DNA of 64,000 nt from Candidatus Peribacteria bacterium (GTDB lineage Bacteria; Patescibacteriota; Gracilibacteria; Peribacterales; Peribacteraceae): positions 8,005 through 72,004 of the forward strand of contig JAQBQQ010000023.1 of NCBI GenBank assembly GCA_028286915.1, written 5' to 3'. A program made the position numbers and the translations under genes. The notes under the pieces were generated by a model. That model was not told where the DNA came from. It was given only the letters and a program-made list of their open reading frames with translations, and did no database searches. Shown here piece after piece: positions 1-10,068 of this stretch (positions within the stretch are counted from its first letter, which is position 1; each line of letters starts with the position of its first letter).

Positions 1-166
1 CCTTTCGTATGCCGGGCAGGCCAATGGATATTCTTCTGATTCTTGGCAGCCATTTTTGCGAAAACGCCGGAATCTGGTAGACTCCACATACGACCCGGAG
101 CTTTGAATGAGTCTGCCATGGCGGACGAGGCGAGGGGTGTATCTTATTTTTTTTCTTATACTTGTT

Positions 167-508
167 ATGTTCGATCCTATGTCCGATCTCCAGAGCGGTG
201 GAGAAGCAGAGGCAGCAGCCAATAGCCATGATGATATTATCGGGCTTGCCCGTCCGCCAGCCGCACAAGGCGGTGGTTACCATGGCCATAGCGGCGGTGC
301 AGGCGGTCGCTTTGCCGATGATATTCACAGCGTCACCATCCATGCCCGCCAGCGTACGTTCTATATTGATCTTAAGCAGTCCGGTAACGGCAAGTTCTTC
401 AAGATCTCCGAGAAGTCACGCGGCGGCCAGAAGACGACTATTATGTTTGATGTCGAAGACCTCGACAAATTCATTGAGGCGCTGCAGGAAATGAAGACCA
501 AGATGTAA
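167..508 (+). CDS. PUR-alpha-like ssDNA/RNA-binding protein (DUF3276-type)
   Basis: ORF 107..508. The C-terminal RTFYIDLKQSGNGKFFKISEKSRGGQKTTIMFDVEDL fits the bacterial Pur-alpha repeat pattern. The first 20 aa of the long ORF look non-native, so the Met at 167 is preferred. A hairpin plus T-run follows. Confidence 0.6.
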   Translation: MFDPMSDLQSGGEAEAAANSHDDIIGLARPPAAQGGGYHGHSGGAGGRFADDIHSVTIHARQRTFYIDLKQSGNGKFFKISEKSRGGQKTTIMFDVEDLDKFIEALQEMKTKM

Positions 509-526
509 TAACTCAGGAATTAAAAG

Positions 527-559
527 AGTCCAAGGGGCAATTCCTTGGATTCTTTTTTT
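527..559 (+). terminator. rho-independent terminator
   Basis: Stem gtccaagg/ccttggat, loop ggcaatt, followed by a T7 run. Confidence 0.7.
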
Positions 560-578
560 ATTATAAAAATTCAAAGCG

Positions 579-956
579 TTATTTTTTTCGAAAGAAGGTC
601 ATTGTAGTCCAGAAATATATGATAATTGCCGCGAGAGGAATAACCGCAAATACATGATGCCCGGCTGTTTTTTCAGAAATTCCAGATAGAAAGCTAAACC
701 CAAGTGTGACAATAAAAAGATATTCTGTACTACGCTCAGCATTCGTATTTTGCTCTGTTTTTAAAAGCCTTTTTCGCAAAGATTGGTACGCTAATGCCCC
801 AAAAAACAAGCCATTTCCAAGCTGAGTCATATCGGCTACAACTGTTTTGCTGACTATTAATGAGTCGTAAAAATTGACGAACGATATGAAGAAAAGCAGC
901 AAAGCGCCAACGAAGGTAATACATAATGATGCGTAAGGTTTTTTTGGAAGATCCAT
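579..956 (-). CDS. hypothetical integral membrane protein
   Basis: 125-aa ORF with 3-4 hydrophobic helices. No recognisable family. Confidence 0.5.
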   Translation of the reverse strand: MDLPKKPYASLCITFVGALLLFFISFVNFYDSLIVSKTVVADMTQLGNGLFFGALAYQSLRKRLLKTEQNTNAERSTEYLFIVTLGFSFLSGISEKTAGHHVFAVIPLAAIIIYFWTTMTFFRKK

Positions 957-1066
957 GTGAAATATGAAGAATTATAAAAGAATAGTATCAAAAATATGCG
1001 CGTCTATCTATTAGGGTTTTTGGTCGAATGCTTGCCTATAAAGATATACAACGTAGTTATTGAATG

Positions 1067-1945
1067 TTACCTATTACCAAGCCACGCCTTACCACTCATC
1101 GGTTTGCCTCCCGGTACCTGCACTTCTTCCAGATATAAAATCGTATGATCGTTGCAGGGGAGGAGGGTTGAGTCTGTGGTTTCTATAAGGCTGGACCGCA
1201 GAATTTTTATTGTTTCGTCGTTGATTGTGGTTGTCACTCCCGGCCAGGGCATGAGGCCGCGCACTTTTCTGTGAATTTCTTCAGCGGTCATGGTTTGCGG
1301 ATCCACAATGCCGTCTTCACGGGTAAGTTTTTTGCAATGTGTCGCATGTGTGTGGTTTTGCTCGCGCGGGAATAGCGGCAGCAGCAAAGTTTCCATGAGC
1401 AGTTCGGACCCCATACGTGCCAGTTCATCATGCAGTCCGGGTGCCGTTTCCTCGCCCGTGAGCGGCATGCTGCGCTCGCCAAGAATGGGCCCGGCATCCA
1501 GTTCATAGATCATTTTCTGTATGGTTACTCCTGTTTCGGTGTCGCCGGCCAGAATGGCTTGCTGAATAGGGGACGCGCCGCGCCAGCGAGGCAGCAGCGA
1601 CGCATGCACATTCACCGGTGCAATCAGCGGAAAGTCTAAAACGGCCTGGGAAATGATCTGCCCGTACGAGACCACCACCAGAAAATCCGGTCGGCCAAGC
1701 GCATGTTCCCGGCTATAGGTACTAAATTCTTTATTGAGTTTTTCCGGCTGAAAGACCGAAATATGGTACTGATTCGCTACGTCTTTTACCGGCGGTGCCG
1801 TAAGAACCTGCCTGCGGCCAACCGGCCTGTCCGGCTGCGTTATCACCAGATCCACCGTAAAGCCCGGATGCGTTATAAGCGCTTCCAGCGAGGGGACGGC
1901 AAAGGCGGAAGTGCCCAGAAAAATGACATTGTAAGGAGTTGGCAT
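1067..1945 (-). CDS. fmt: methionyl-tRNA formyltransferase
   Basis: ORF 1067..1969. VIFLGTSAFAVPSLEAL, HASLLPRWRGASPIQ and VTIQKM..LDAGPIL are typical Fmt motifs. Start taken at MPTPYN. Confidence 0.9.
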   Translation of the reverse strand: MPTPYNVIFLGTSAFAVPSLEALITHPGFTVDLVITQPDRPVGRRQVLTAPPVKDVANQYHISVFQPEKLNKEFSTYSREHALGRPDFLVVVSYGQIISQAVLDFPLIAPVNVHASLLPRWRGASPIQQAILAGDTETGVTIQKMIYELDAGPILGERSMPLTGEETAPGLHDELARMGSELLMETLLLPLFPREQNHTHATHCKKLTREDGIVDPQTMTAEEIHRKVRGLMPWPGVTTTINDETIKILRSSLIETTDSTLLPCNDHTILYLEEVQVPGGKPMSGKAWLGNR

Positions 1946-2091
1946 GTATATAGTGTACACTGGACACATGTTAGCTCGTTAGCTCGTTTATTGTTATTCG
2001 TTTCGACCTATATTTCGAAACGAATACATGAGCTGACTATCAACGAATGAACGATTGCTTAATCCTGATTCTATTTCTATAAAAGAAGCGT

Positions 2092-2400
2092 ATGTCCAAA
2101 CGTCCTGCCATGCTCGGTTCCATTATTCGTGAGATTATTGCGCCGGTGCTGCGTATGTGTCCGCCGGCTTGCGGTATTGTGTCGATTATTAAAGTGGACG
2201 TGTCGCCGGATTTTTCGTATGCCACCGTGTACATTACGGCGTTGGAGGAACCCAAAAAGGCGATACATTTCCTGGAAGGCCAGATACCCAGGCTGCAGAA
2301 GAACTTAGGAAGCCTGTATCGTAAAAAAATTCCGCAATTGCGGTTCCGGTTGGATACTCAGGCGGATAGCGGAAGCAGGTTGGATGAGTTACTAAAATAA
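2092..2400 (+). CDS. rbfA: ribosome-binding factor A
   Basis: 102 aa. Pattern IIKVDVSPDFSYATVYI...IPQLRFRLD is characteristic of RbfA. Confidence 0.85.
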   Translation: MSKRPAMLGSIIREIIAPVLRMCPPACGIVSIIKVDVSPDFSYATVYITALEEPKKAIHFLEGQIPRLQKNLGSLYRKKIPQLRFRLDTQADSGSRLDELLK

Positions 2401-2687
2401 GAAAGAAGCAAAAGGGGTACAAGCGAAACAGGAGGTGCAAGAGATTCAATGATCCATAAAAATTTAGAGAAATATTGCACATCACGAGTGCAGAAATTTT
2501 GCGTATGTTGAAAATCATCCTACGGAAAATTGTGCATCAACGAAATGCTGACCTTGAGAAGATAAAAAAAGAATATAAAACTTTCCATTCATATTTCAGA
2601 AATAAACTTGTGTAAGGTGCAAGGTGAGTGCGTTGTTGAAATATGTATATCACGCTTACACTTCATCCCTTTACGCGAGACATATTT

Positions 2688-3674
2688 ATGAGCACCAACC
2701 GACAGGATGTAGCCGATGTTCAAAGCATGCTCGCGCAGGCGAAGCGGGTGCGTGTCGTGTGTCACAGAAACCCCGATGGTGATGCCATTGGTTCCATGCT
2801 TGGGTTTGGGCTTCTTGCCGAGCGCGCATTGTCAAATACGCCGGTGGATTTTTATTGCGTGGATCCGGTGCCGGAGATGTTTCATTTTCTGGGCGCCGCT
2901 TTTCGCGTGCTGCCACCGCCGCCCATAGAGCAGTGGTCGCCGGAAACCGATGTAGTGGTATTTGTTGATTGCGCCGAACCCAAACTGACGGAGTTACACA
3001 TTACACATTCGCAGTTATTTGACGGCACATTCAAAACCGTCATGTTCGATCATCATCCGAGTAATCCCTTATTCGCCACAAAAAACTTTTTGGAACCAAC
3101 GGCTGCCTCCGCCTGTGAAATTATTGTGCAGTTTGCGGACGCGGCAGGCTGGGATATGGACGCGGCAATTGCCACATGCCTGCTTACCGGTGTGTATACC
3201 GATACCGGCGGATTGCTTCATAGCAATACGACCGCGCAGGTGTACCGGACGGTTGCCAGACTGCTAAGAGCAGGCGCCAGGCGCCAGGCGATTGTGACGG
3301 CTGTGTTCCGTACGGCAAGTATCAGTACATTGCGCTTATGGGGACGGGTACTGGAAAAAATCAGTATTACGGAAGAAGGCGCTGCCATATCGGCGGTAAC
3401 AGAAGGCGATTTCCGCGCAACCGGTGCCGAGTATAGTGACCTTACCGGAGCTATTGATTACGTGAACGCCATTCCGGGCATGCGCTTTTCACTGGTTCTC
3501 TCCGAGCGCGACGGAAAGGTAAAAGGTTCGCTTCGCACGCTGCGGGATGACGTAGATGTGGCCGAAATGGCCGGCAGGTTCCAGGGTGGCGGACACAAGA
3601 AGGCCGCCGGCTTTGCCTTGCAGGGTAAATTAAAACCGGAAATGCGCTGGAAAGTAGTGGAGGACAAAGAATAA
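2688..3674 (+). CDS. DHH/DHHA1 phosphoesterase (NrnA-like oligoribonuclease/pAp phosphatase)
   Basis: ORF 2643..3674. HRNPDGDAIGS, a DHH motif (FDHHPSN) and a C-terminal GGGHKKAAGF DHHA1 motif. Confidence 0.85.
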   Translation: MSTNRQDVADVQSMLAQAKRVRVVCHRNPDGDAIGSMLGFGLLAERALSNTPVDFYCVDPVPEMFHFLGAAFRVLPPPPIEQWSPETDVVVFVDCAEPKLTELHITHSQLFDGTFKTVMFDHHPSNPLFATKNFLEPTAASACEIIVQFADAAGWDMDAAIATCLLTGVYTDTGGLLHSNTTAQVYRTVARLLRAGARRQAIVTAVFRTASISTLRLWGRVLEKISITEEGAAISAVTEGDFRATGAEYSDLTGAIDYVNAIPGMRFSLVLSERDGKVKGSLRTLRDDVDVAEMAGRFQGGGHKKAAGFALQGKLKPEMRWKVVEDKE

Positions 3675-3678
3675 AAAA

Positions 3679-3705
3679 GCCCGCCCGGTAAGGGGCGAGC
3701 GGGTT
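3679..3705. terminator. hairpin terminator between convergent genes
   Basis: GC stem gcccgc...gcgggt, preceded by A6 on the plus strand (T6 after the hairpin on the minus strand). Lies between the stop at 3674 (+) and the stop at 3729 (-). Confidence 0.6.
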
Positions 3706-3728
3706 GTCTCTGAACAATTGCTTCTGAT

Positions 3729-4331
3729 TTAAGCACTAATGGCTAGCATGACCTTCTTCCTGCCGCCAGTCAGGCCGATGAGCGGATAGCGCTGATGAAG
3801 TTCAAGCACTTTAAGCAGTTGCTTGGCCTTTTTGACATTGCTGGATACGCGGAATCGCAGGTAATACTCCAGAAGTTCCTGGTAGTGGATCCTCAGGTGC
3901 CGTGACAGTGGCGCATTTCCGTAGGTCATGGTGCCGAACATCGGGTAGGCCTGGTCCAGCAAACCTCCAAACTGATTCGCAGCATCTTCCGCGAAATTGC
4001 GAAATTGCACTGGTATGCTGGGTGTTTGATGTGGTCTTAGCACTGCATCAATCAAGTCGTAGAAGATGTAGCCTTCCGGTACCCTCTGCAGATGTGCCTG
4101 CGTCAGTTGGTCGGACGGTATGAGGTCCATGTCTGCAATTGGCTCCTTACAGAACCGTGAAAGATTTTTTGCATCCTTCAGAAGTGCTGCAAGGTGTGGG
4201 CCCAATTCCCATGTTTCGGCATCGAGCCGGTTAAGGCTGGGTGTCAGGTCTGCCATAATGGCGGCGGCCCGCTTCTTGCGGAGGTTGGTTCCGTTCAGAA
4301 TATTCCAGAGCTGCTGGGTGAACTTGGTCAT
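3729..4331 (-). CDS. hypothetical protein (last gene of the VirB4 operon)
   Basis: 200-aa ORF, same strand and closely spaced with the genes up to 8095. No recognisable motif. Confidence 0.55.
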   Translation of the reverse strand: MTKFTQQLWNILNGTNLRKKRAAAIMADLTPSLNRLDAETWELGPHLAALLKDAKNLSRFCKEPIADMDLIPSDQLTQAHLQRVPEGYIFYDLIDAVLRPHQTPSIPVQFRNFAEDAANQFGGLLDQAYPMFGTMTYGNAPLSRHLRIHYQELLEYYLRFRVSSNVKKAKQLLKVLELHQRYPLIGLTGGRKKVMLAISA

Positions 4332-4433
4332 GCTGTAGTCCTTGTGCGATGGGTTCAGAGATCGGGCATCAGAAAAAGATGCTTTACTGTATTAAAGCAA
4401 TATAATTTGATTATGTCAATAGTATGGGGCGTT

Positions 4434-4772
4434 TTATCGAATACCTGCGTGCGTCTGCAATTCCGCTATCTGCTCATCATGCAGCTTAAATTTATCCTTA
4501 GAAAAACCGATGAAATCATGCTTAAGATCTTCAATTAAAACATTGGAATGTTGAATAGCTTCTACTTTGGCTTCCGTAATTTTCTGGGTTAATTCTTCTT
4601 TTGTTTCTTCAATTTTTTGAGCCGTCTGATCATAATGATCACCCAGAAGAACCATAAACTGCTCCATCATGGATTGCTGATTTTTTAGAAGTCTTTCTTC
4701 CATAGCAGACATATCCAGCCTTAAAAGGTGTAAGTCGCCTTTTGTTGCCGCCTGCGTGTCATCAGTAGTCAT
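4434..4772 (-). CDS. hypothetical coiled-coil protein
   Basis: 112 aa, E/K/Q/L-rich heptad-like sequence. In the VirB4 operon. Confidence 0.5.
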   Translation of the reverse strand: MTTDDTQAATKGDLHLLRLDMSAMEERLLKNQQSMMEQFMVLLGDHYDQTAQKIEETKEELTQKITEAKVEAIQHSNVLIEDLKHDFIGFSKDKFKLHDEQIAELQTHAGIR

Positions 4773-4925
4773 GCGCGTACCTTACGCCGGGCAATTTTGA
4801 CCGACAAGCAGATGATGGAATTTCTTTTGAGGAAGCCTTGTCTTTTGCCTAAGGCATGAGGAAAAAACGGTTCTACAGCTGCGCGGAACATCCTATATGT
4901 CACATGAATTTTTTCCGTTCTGTTT

Positions 4926-5264
4926 TTAATTTCTTGATCCTTCTTCCTGAATAATTGTAAGAATTATATCTTCGGCAGCATCCATATCTTTGCTACTCTG
5001 ATCTCGTAAAATTGGAATAAGTTCTTGTGCTTTCATGGACATATGGGTCACTAAATCTTCCAGGTGCTTTTTCTTTTTTAGTGTTTTGACAGCAATTCGT
5101 AAGACCTCCAAATTTGTTCTTGGCTCACGAAGAGAACTTGCTACCGAGCGGGCAAGATTTTCTCGTGTTGCACCTACCCTTCTGTTTACTTCTTCAATAG
5201 CGGCTATTTCATTCATATTTGGCCAGCATTGTAATATTTGATTGGCAATTTCTTGAGGATTCAT
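4926..5264 (-). CDS. hypothetical protein
   Basis: 112-aa ORF that begins 20 nt downstream of the VirB4-like gene stop, on the same strand. Confidence 0.5.
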   Translation of the reverse strand: MNPQEIANQILQCWPNMNEIAAIEEVNRRVGATRENLARSVASSLREPRTNLEVLRIAVKTLKKKKHLEDLVTHMSMKAQELIPILRDQSSKDMDAAEDIILTIIQEEGSRN

Positions 5265-5283
5265 GCTATATAGTGGTAGATAG

Positions 5284-7206
5284 TTATAGAGGATTATTTT
5301 TAGCCGCTTCGGCTTCCGCCGCCTTTCGCTTCATAACCTCTTCAGGATTGGTGGTAATAATCTCACTCTCTTTCTGTGATGCGATAATCTGGATAGCCAC
5401 GTGCTTGTTGCCGGCAAAGAAAATGCCTTGCCCCACGCCGCAGTTAAGGAGAACGTACTTCTCGCCATCGGTTAAGTAAAAGAGTTTCTGCAGATTATCC
5501 ACAGCGGTAGGGGATTGTTTCAGTAGTACCTGCAATGCCGAGTTGGTAATAATCGGTTTGCCGTAGGGCGAATTGACGAAGTCCTCCACGTCCTGGGTAA
5601 TGGTGGTAATGCCGAGGTAATACTTGCGGGCGCGCTTTACAATGCCGAACAGGAAACGTGCACTGTCGTCGTACTGCATCAGGTTCCAGGCTTCATCTAT
5701 AACCAGGAAACGCTTCTTCAGTTCACTGCGGACGCGGTTCCAGAGGAAGTTCAAAATAATATAAATGGCAATGGGGCGGAGCTGGTCTTCCAAGTCGCGG
5801 ATTTGGAACACCACCATTTGCTTCTCCAGTTCCACGTTTGTCTGCTTGTCAAAAATACCGGCGTAGCTGCCGGACGTATATTTCTGGAGAATATTCGCCA
5901 TATTTTCACCGCCCTGTGTTGTCATCAGAACATCAACTAAATCGTGCATGGTAGGCGGTTCCAGGGTGCCCGGTTCTTCGTGGGTGAGTGTAATACCTTT
6001 AAGAGCATAGGTGTCCAAAATGGCTTTATCCAGCACACCGTCTTCCGACGGCGTAAGGCTGCCGAGCATCAGTTTAAAGAGGCCGTGCAGGTTGACGACT
6101 GCAGCGCGCAGTACTTCGCCCACGGCCGCCTCTTCACCGCGGACGGCTTTTGGCAGATCAAACGGGTTGATGCGGAAGCTGCTCTGGAGAGACATGGGGA
6201 TAAAGGAACCGCCGACAGTCTTGCAGAGTTCCACGTATTCATTTTCCGGATCAATAACCAAAACTTCCGTGCCGAACATGAGCGAGCGCAGGATTTCCAG
6301 CTTTACGGTAAAAGATTTACCGGCACCGGAGGTAGCGAACACGTTTGCATTTGCATTCGGCAAATCGAACCGGTCAAAAATTACCAGTGATTCATTATGG
6401 CGGTTAATGCCGTATAAAATACCGTGGTCGCTGGTAAGGTCGGAGCTGGAGAACGGGAAGCTGGCTGCGAGCGGGCTTGTATTCATGTTGCGGTTAATCT
6501 CCAGTTCATCCAGACACAATGGCAGCGTGGAATTCCAGGCATGTTCCATCTGGAAGAGTGCCGGTTTGGTAAGCACCAGGCGTCCGCCCAGAATGGATTC
6601 AATATCAGTTTGAATTTTCTTCAGTTTTTCTTCGTCATCGGCATAGAGCGTAATGTACATGCCGAACTGAAACAGTTTCTCACGGCCGCGGGCAAGTAAG
6701 TCGCGTAGTTCCTCGGCATCCTGCAGAGCTGCTTCCAGAGTCGGGTCACGCACAATACCGCGCTGTTCCAGCATGCGAATACTGGACCGCAACTCAGCTA
6801 CTTTCTTCCGGAGCATCTTCATAATCGCCCGGTTGGGCGTGGGGTAGATGAAGTGGGTAATATCCATGGTGGCATCAAAATTTACAGCGGGCGCCAGCCA
6901 GTTGGGGTAAATGTAGTTCGGCCAGTTGTAGACGTACAATGTCCGTGAATGCTGATCATTCAGTATCACCTCATTCGACTTAATTTCCATGGCGGCCGGC
7001 GCGATAATATCCAGAATCTTCTGCAGGCCTTCTTCGTACTGCTTAATGGCCAGGCGATCATCAGCCGTAAAAGATTCACCGGTCTCTTTTCTGGCATCGC
7101 TTAAAGCGTTTTGTGCCTTTTGATGCAGTCCGAGCAAATCGTCGATAGCGACAATAAGAGGACTTGGCAGCGCGTTCTTAAGGGAAGGGTTGTGTGTGTT
7201 AGCCAT
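5284..7206 (-). CDS. VirB4/TraC/TrbE-type type IV secretion ATPase
   Basis: 640 aa. Walker A ATSGAGKSFTVK, Walker B FLVIDEAWNLM, and VIDPENEY. Overall VirB4-like layout with an N-terminal non-ATPase domain. Confidence 0.85.
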   Translation of the reverse strand: MANTHNPSLKNALPSPLIVAIDDLLGLHQKAQNALSDARKETGESFTADDRLAIKQYEEGLQKILDIIAPAAMEIKSNEVILNDQHSRTLYVYNWPNYIYPNWLAPAVNFDATMDITHFIYPTPNRAIMKMLRKKVAELRSSIRMLEQRGIVRDPTLEAALQDAEELRDLLARGREKLFQFGMYITLYADDEEKLKKIQTDIESILGGRLVLTKPALFQMEHAWNSTLPLCLDELEINRNMNTSPLAASFPFSSSDLTSDHGILYGINRHNESLVIFDRFDLPNANANVFATSGAGKSFTVKLEILRSLMFGTEVLVIDPENEYVELCKTVGGSFIPMSLQSSFRINPFDLPKAVRGEEAAVGEVLRAAVVNLHGLFKLMLGSLTPSEDGVLDKAILDTYALKGITLTHEEPGTLEPPTMHDLVDVLMTTQGGENMANILQKYTSGSYAGIFDKQTNVELEKQMVVFQIRDLEDQLRPIAIYIILNFLWNRVRSELKKRFLVIDEAWNLMQYDDSARFLFGIVKRARKYYLGITTITQDVEDFVNSPYGKPIITNSALQVLLKQSPTAVDNLQKLFYLTDGEKYVLLNCGVGQGIFFAGNKHVAIQIIASQKESEIITTNPEEVMKRKAAEAEAAKNNPL

Positions 7207-7279
7207 AAATCATCTAATTATAGCATAAAATACAGTTTTGCTCAATATACTGAATCGGCGTTCTTTGGCGTTATTGGCT

Positions 7280-8095
7280 TTATGAGCCGAGTAGATTGCT
7301 CGCTCCTCTCCGAAAGGACGATTGGTTCTGTAGGATATTCAGACTCTCAATGCCCGGTACATCCACTACTTTTAAGCCGGCCAATAGAATTTCACGGTTT
7401 GATTCTATGGCAAGGCTGCGTCTGGCAGAAAGTGCCAGCAGGCTGTTGTAGATATTCAGCACGTCACGCAGGCGGGATACATCCGACTGTGTTTTATTCA
7501 GTGTGGCTGTTGCCTCGCTGCGATCACGTTGTAGTAGTCCGGTCGTGGCATAATCCTGCACACGCGTGGCATTGGATATTTGTCTGTTGATATCGCTGAG
7601 TGCTTTCTCGGCGGCGCGTCTGTCCAGTTCACGCGCATTTATGCCGGCCTGGATTTCTGCCACCTTCAGCTGGCTGCGTTTGGTAATATTTGCCAGGCCC
7701 GTCAGGTATTCATTGAGCGCTTTGGGTCTGTCGGGACTTCTGTTGAGTAGATCGGGAATATTTACCTGCAGCACGCTGCCGAATTCCTGGAGAAGTAAAA
7801 ATGCTTCATCAAGGTCATCGGGGCTTAAAGGTTTGACCAGTTTCATTTCCGCTATCACACCTGACAGTGCCGATGATACGCGGAAGAAGCCGCCTTGTGA
7901 CAGATAGATGCTGCTAAAAATACCCATGACGGCAGAGGGGCGGGAAGCTTCACTGCGCTGCGTCAGCAGGGACTGTGCGTACATGACACCTTCCGTGGCA
8001 GCCCGTACAGACAGGGTAGTTGTCGTTTTTGTACCGCACCCCGTAAGCAGAAGAATGCAGAGACAGGCCGGTAAGCATCGATTGAGTAGATTCAC
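7280..8095 (-). CDS. hypothetical lipoprotein
   Basis: Lipobox LLLTGC near the N-terminus, followed by a coiled-coil-rich sequence. First gene of the VirB4 operon. Confidence 0.6.
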   Translation of the reverse strand: MNLLNRCLPACLCILLLTGCGTKTTTTLSVRAATEGVMYAQSLLTQRSEASRPSAVMGIFSSIYLSQGGFFRVSSALSGVIAEMKLVKPLSPDDLDEAFLLLQEFGSVLQVNIPDLLNRSPDRPKALNEYLTGLANITKRSQLKVAEIQAGINARELDRRAAEKALSDINRQISNATRVQDYATTGLLQRDRSEATATLNKTQSDVSRLRDVLNIYNSLLALSARRSLAIESNREILLAGLKVVDVPGIESLNILQNQSSFRRGASNLLGS

Positions 8096-8349
8096 AATAT
8101 AGATTATTATACATCATTTTGTAATTTTTATCAACTATTACTAAAACGCATGATTGTCATTGTTTGTGACTGAATAAAGGTTTTGATGGTCTATTCTTGT
8201 TGGTGAACGTTTGTGCACACAAATTGTGCTCAAACATGATGAGTTGGCACGGGCAAGGTTAAATAGCGATATAAGATGTAAAAAATGCTTTTAAATGCTA
8301 TGTTGGCCATCGCACCTGAACACGACTTGTATTCAACCCGGTTTCTCTT

Positions 8350-10047
8350 ATGTTCGCATCTCTTTCACAGCAGGCAAAACGGCTTCTACAGGCAGAATTT
8401 CCGGACCTGGAAGTGGATGTGGCTTGGGAGCGCCCGTCCGCCCGTGACCACGGCGATTGTACGACAACCGTTGCCTTGCAGTTGGCAAAAAAAGTGGGCC
8501 GCTCCCCAAAAGAGATTGCCCAGTTTTTAGTCGACGGATTACAAAACATGCCCGATGTGGAGAATGTGGAATTGGCTGGCCCCGGTTATGTGAATGTCCG
8601 GCTCACCCTTCCCGCCTTGCTGAAAGAGTTGGAAGCGGCAATGAATGAGGCAAAGCCCAAAGAATCAAAGAAAGATGAAGGGCCGGTTATTATTGAGTAT
8701 TCTCAGCCGAATATTGCCAAGCCCCTGGGAGCGCACCATATTATAGGGACTGCCATTGGGCAGGCATTGGTGAATATATATCGTCATGCGGGTCATACGG
8801 TTATCGCATGGAATTATCTGGGAGATTACGGCACGCAGTTCGGTAAATTATCGGTAGCATTTTCCAAGTGGGGGACAAAGCCGGTTGAGCAATGTTCGGT
8901 TGATGACTTACTTGATTTGTACGTTAAATTTCACGAAGAGGCTGAGCAGGACAAGGCGCTTGAGGACTTGGGGCGGGCAGCTTCGCTTAGGCTTGAAGAA
9001 GGCGATGAGGAGCTACGGGCATTCTGGAAAAAAGTTGTCGCTATTACCAAGGAATCTTTGGGAGAATTATACAGGCGTCTGCACGTTTCTTTTGATCTGG
9101 ATTTGGGCGAGAGTTTTTATGAGGATAAAATGGTGCCGGTCATAGAAGAGGGGAAGGCAAAAGGTGTCTTTGTGGAGGGTGAGAAGGGATCACTCATCGT
9201 TCAATTTCCCAATGATCTCTACCCGCCCTATCTTATTCTGCGTGGAGACGGTGCCACATTGTATTCAACACGGGATTTGGCGCAGATGAAATACCGGATG
9301 GAAACATATCATCCGCAGGCTATTTTTATAGCCACTGACATTGCGCAGAAATTGCATTTCGAACAGCTTATTGAAACGTGTCGTATGCTTGGCTGGGAAC
9401 TGCCGGAGTTTGAAAATATTCTGTTTGGACGCATGAGATTTGTGGAAAAATCCATGAGTACCCGGAAGGGGAATATTCTTAAGCTGGAACACGTGCTTGA
9501 CGAAGCGGTGGAGAGGGCTCAAAAAGTAATTGCTGAGCGCGGTGACGCCATTCAGACGGATGAGCCGGCTGCACTGGCTGAAATGATGGGAGTTGGTGCG
9601 CTTGTGTACGGCATTTTAAGCCAGAACCGGAAAATGGATTTGGTGTTTGACTGGGAGAAAATGCTCAGTTTTGATGGCAACAGCGCGCCGTATTTGCAGT
9701 ACACGCACGCCCGCGCCAGATCGGTGCTGCGAAAGGCGGAACAGGAAGTGAGTGTGCAGGGTGTAACAGGTGTGACGGCAATGGCGCCGCATGACCGCCT
9801 GCTCGTGAATACTTTGCTGCAGTACCCGACGGCCTTACAGGAGGCATTGGACACGCGCATGCCGCATAAGCTGGCTAATTATTTGTATCAGCTGGCGCAG
9901 GATTTTAATGCATTTTATAACGCTGAAAGCATTTTACAGGCGGAGGAGTCCCTGAGAAAACTTCGTCTTGCTCTTACGCTTCTTACTGCCGATACATTAC
10001 GGGCGGGGACTGCCTTGCTGGCTATCCAGGTTCCCGACCGCATGTAA
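8350..10047 (+). CDS. argS: arginine--tRNA ligase
   Basis: 565 aa. Class I HIGH-type signature (GAHHIIG), MSTRKG (KMSKS-like), and a C-terminal DALR anticodon-binding region ending in M. Confidence 0.95.
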   Translation: MFASLSQQAKRLLQAEFPDLEVDVAWERPSARDHGDCTTTVALQLAKKVGRSPKEIAQFLVDGLQNMPDVENVELAGPGYVNVRLTLPALLKELEAAMNEAKPKESKKDEGPVIIEYSQPNIAKPLGAHHIIGTAIGQALVNIYRHAGHTVIAWNYLGDYGTQFGKLSVAFSKWGTKPVEQCSVDDLLDLYVKFHEEAEQDKALEDLGRAASLRLEEGDEELRAFWKKVVAITKESLGELYRRLHVSFDLDLGESFYEDKMVPVIEEGKAKGVFVEGEKGSLIVQFPNDLYPPYLILRGDGATLYSTRDLAQMKYRMETYHPQAIFIATDIAQKLHFEQLIETCRMLGWELPEFENILFGRMRFVEKSMSTRKGNILKLEHVLDEAVERAQKVIAERGDAIQTDEPAALAEMMGVGALVYGILSQNRKMDLVFDWEKMLSFDGNSAPYLQYTHARARSVLRKAEQEVSVQGVTGVTAMAPHDRLLVNTLLQYPTALQEALDTRMPHKLANYLYQLAQDFNAFYNAESILQAEESLRKLRLALTLLTADTLRAGTALLAIQVPDRM

Positions 10048-10068
10048 TTTTTTCATTCCTTTTTACGT

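Noticed and set aside
1-53. Possible start of a minus-strand gene running off the left edge (MAAKNQKNIHWPARH...)
   Set aside because: Only 17 codons are visible, which is not enough to support a call.
8096-8349. 254-nt leader upstream of argS as a possible T-box riboswitch
   Set aside because: I could not find the conserved T-box sequence (AANNNGGGTGGTACCGCG-like) or a terminator/antiterminator pair. The region is simply AT-rich.
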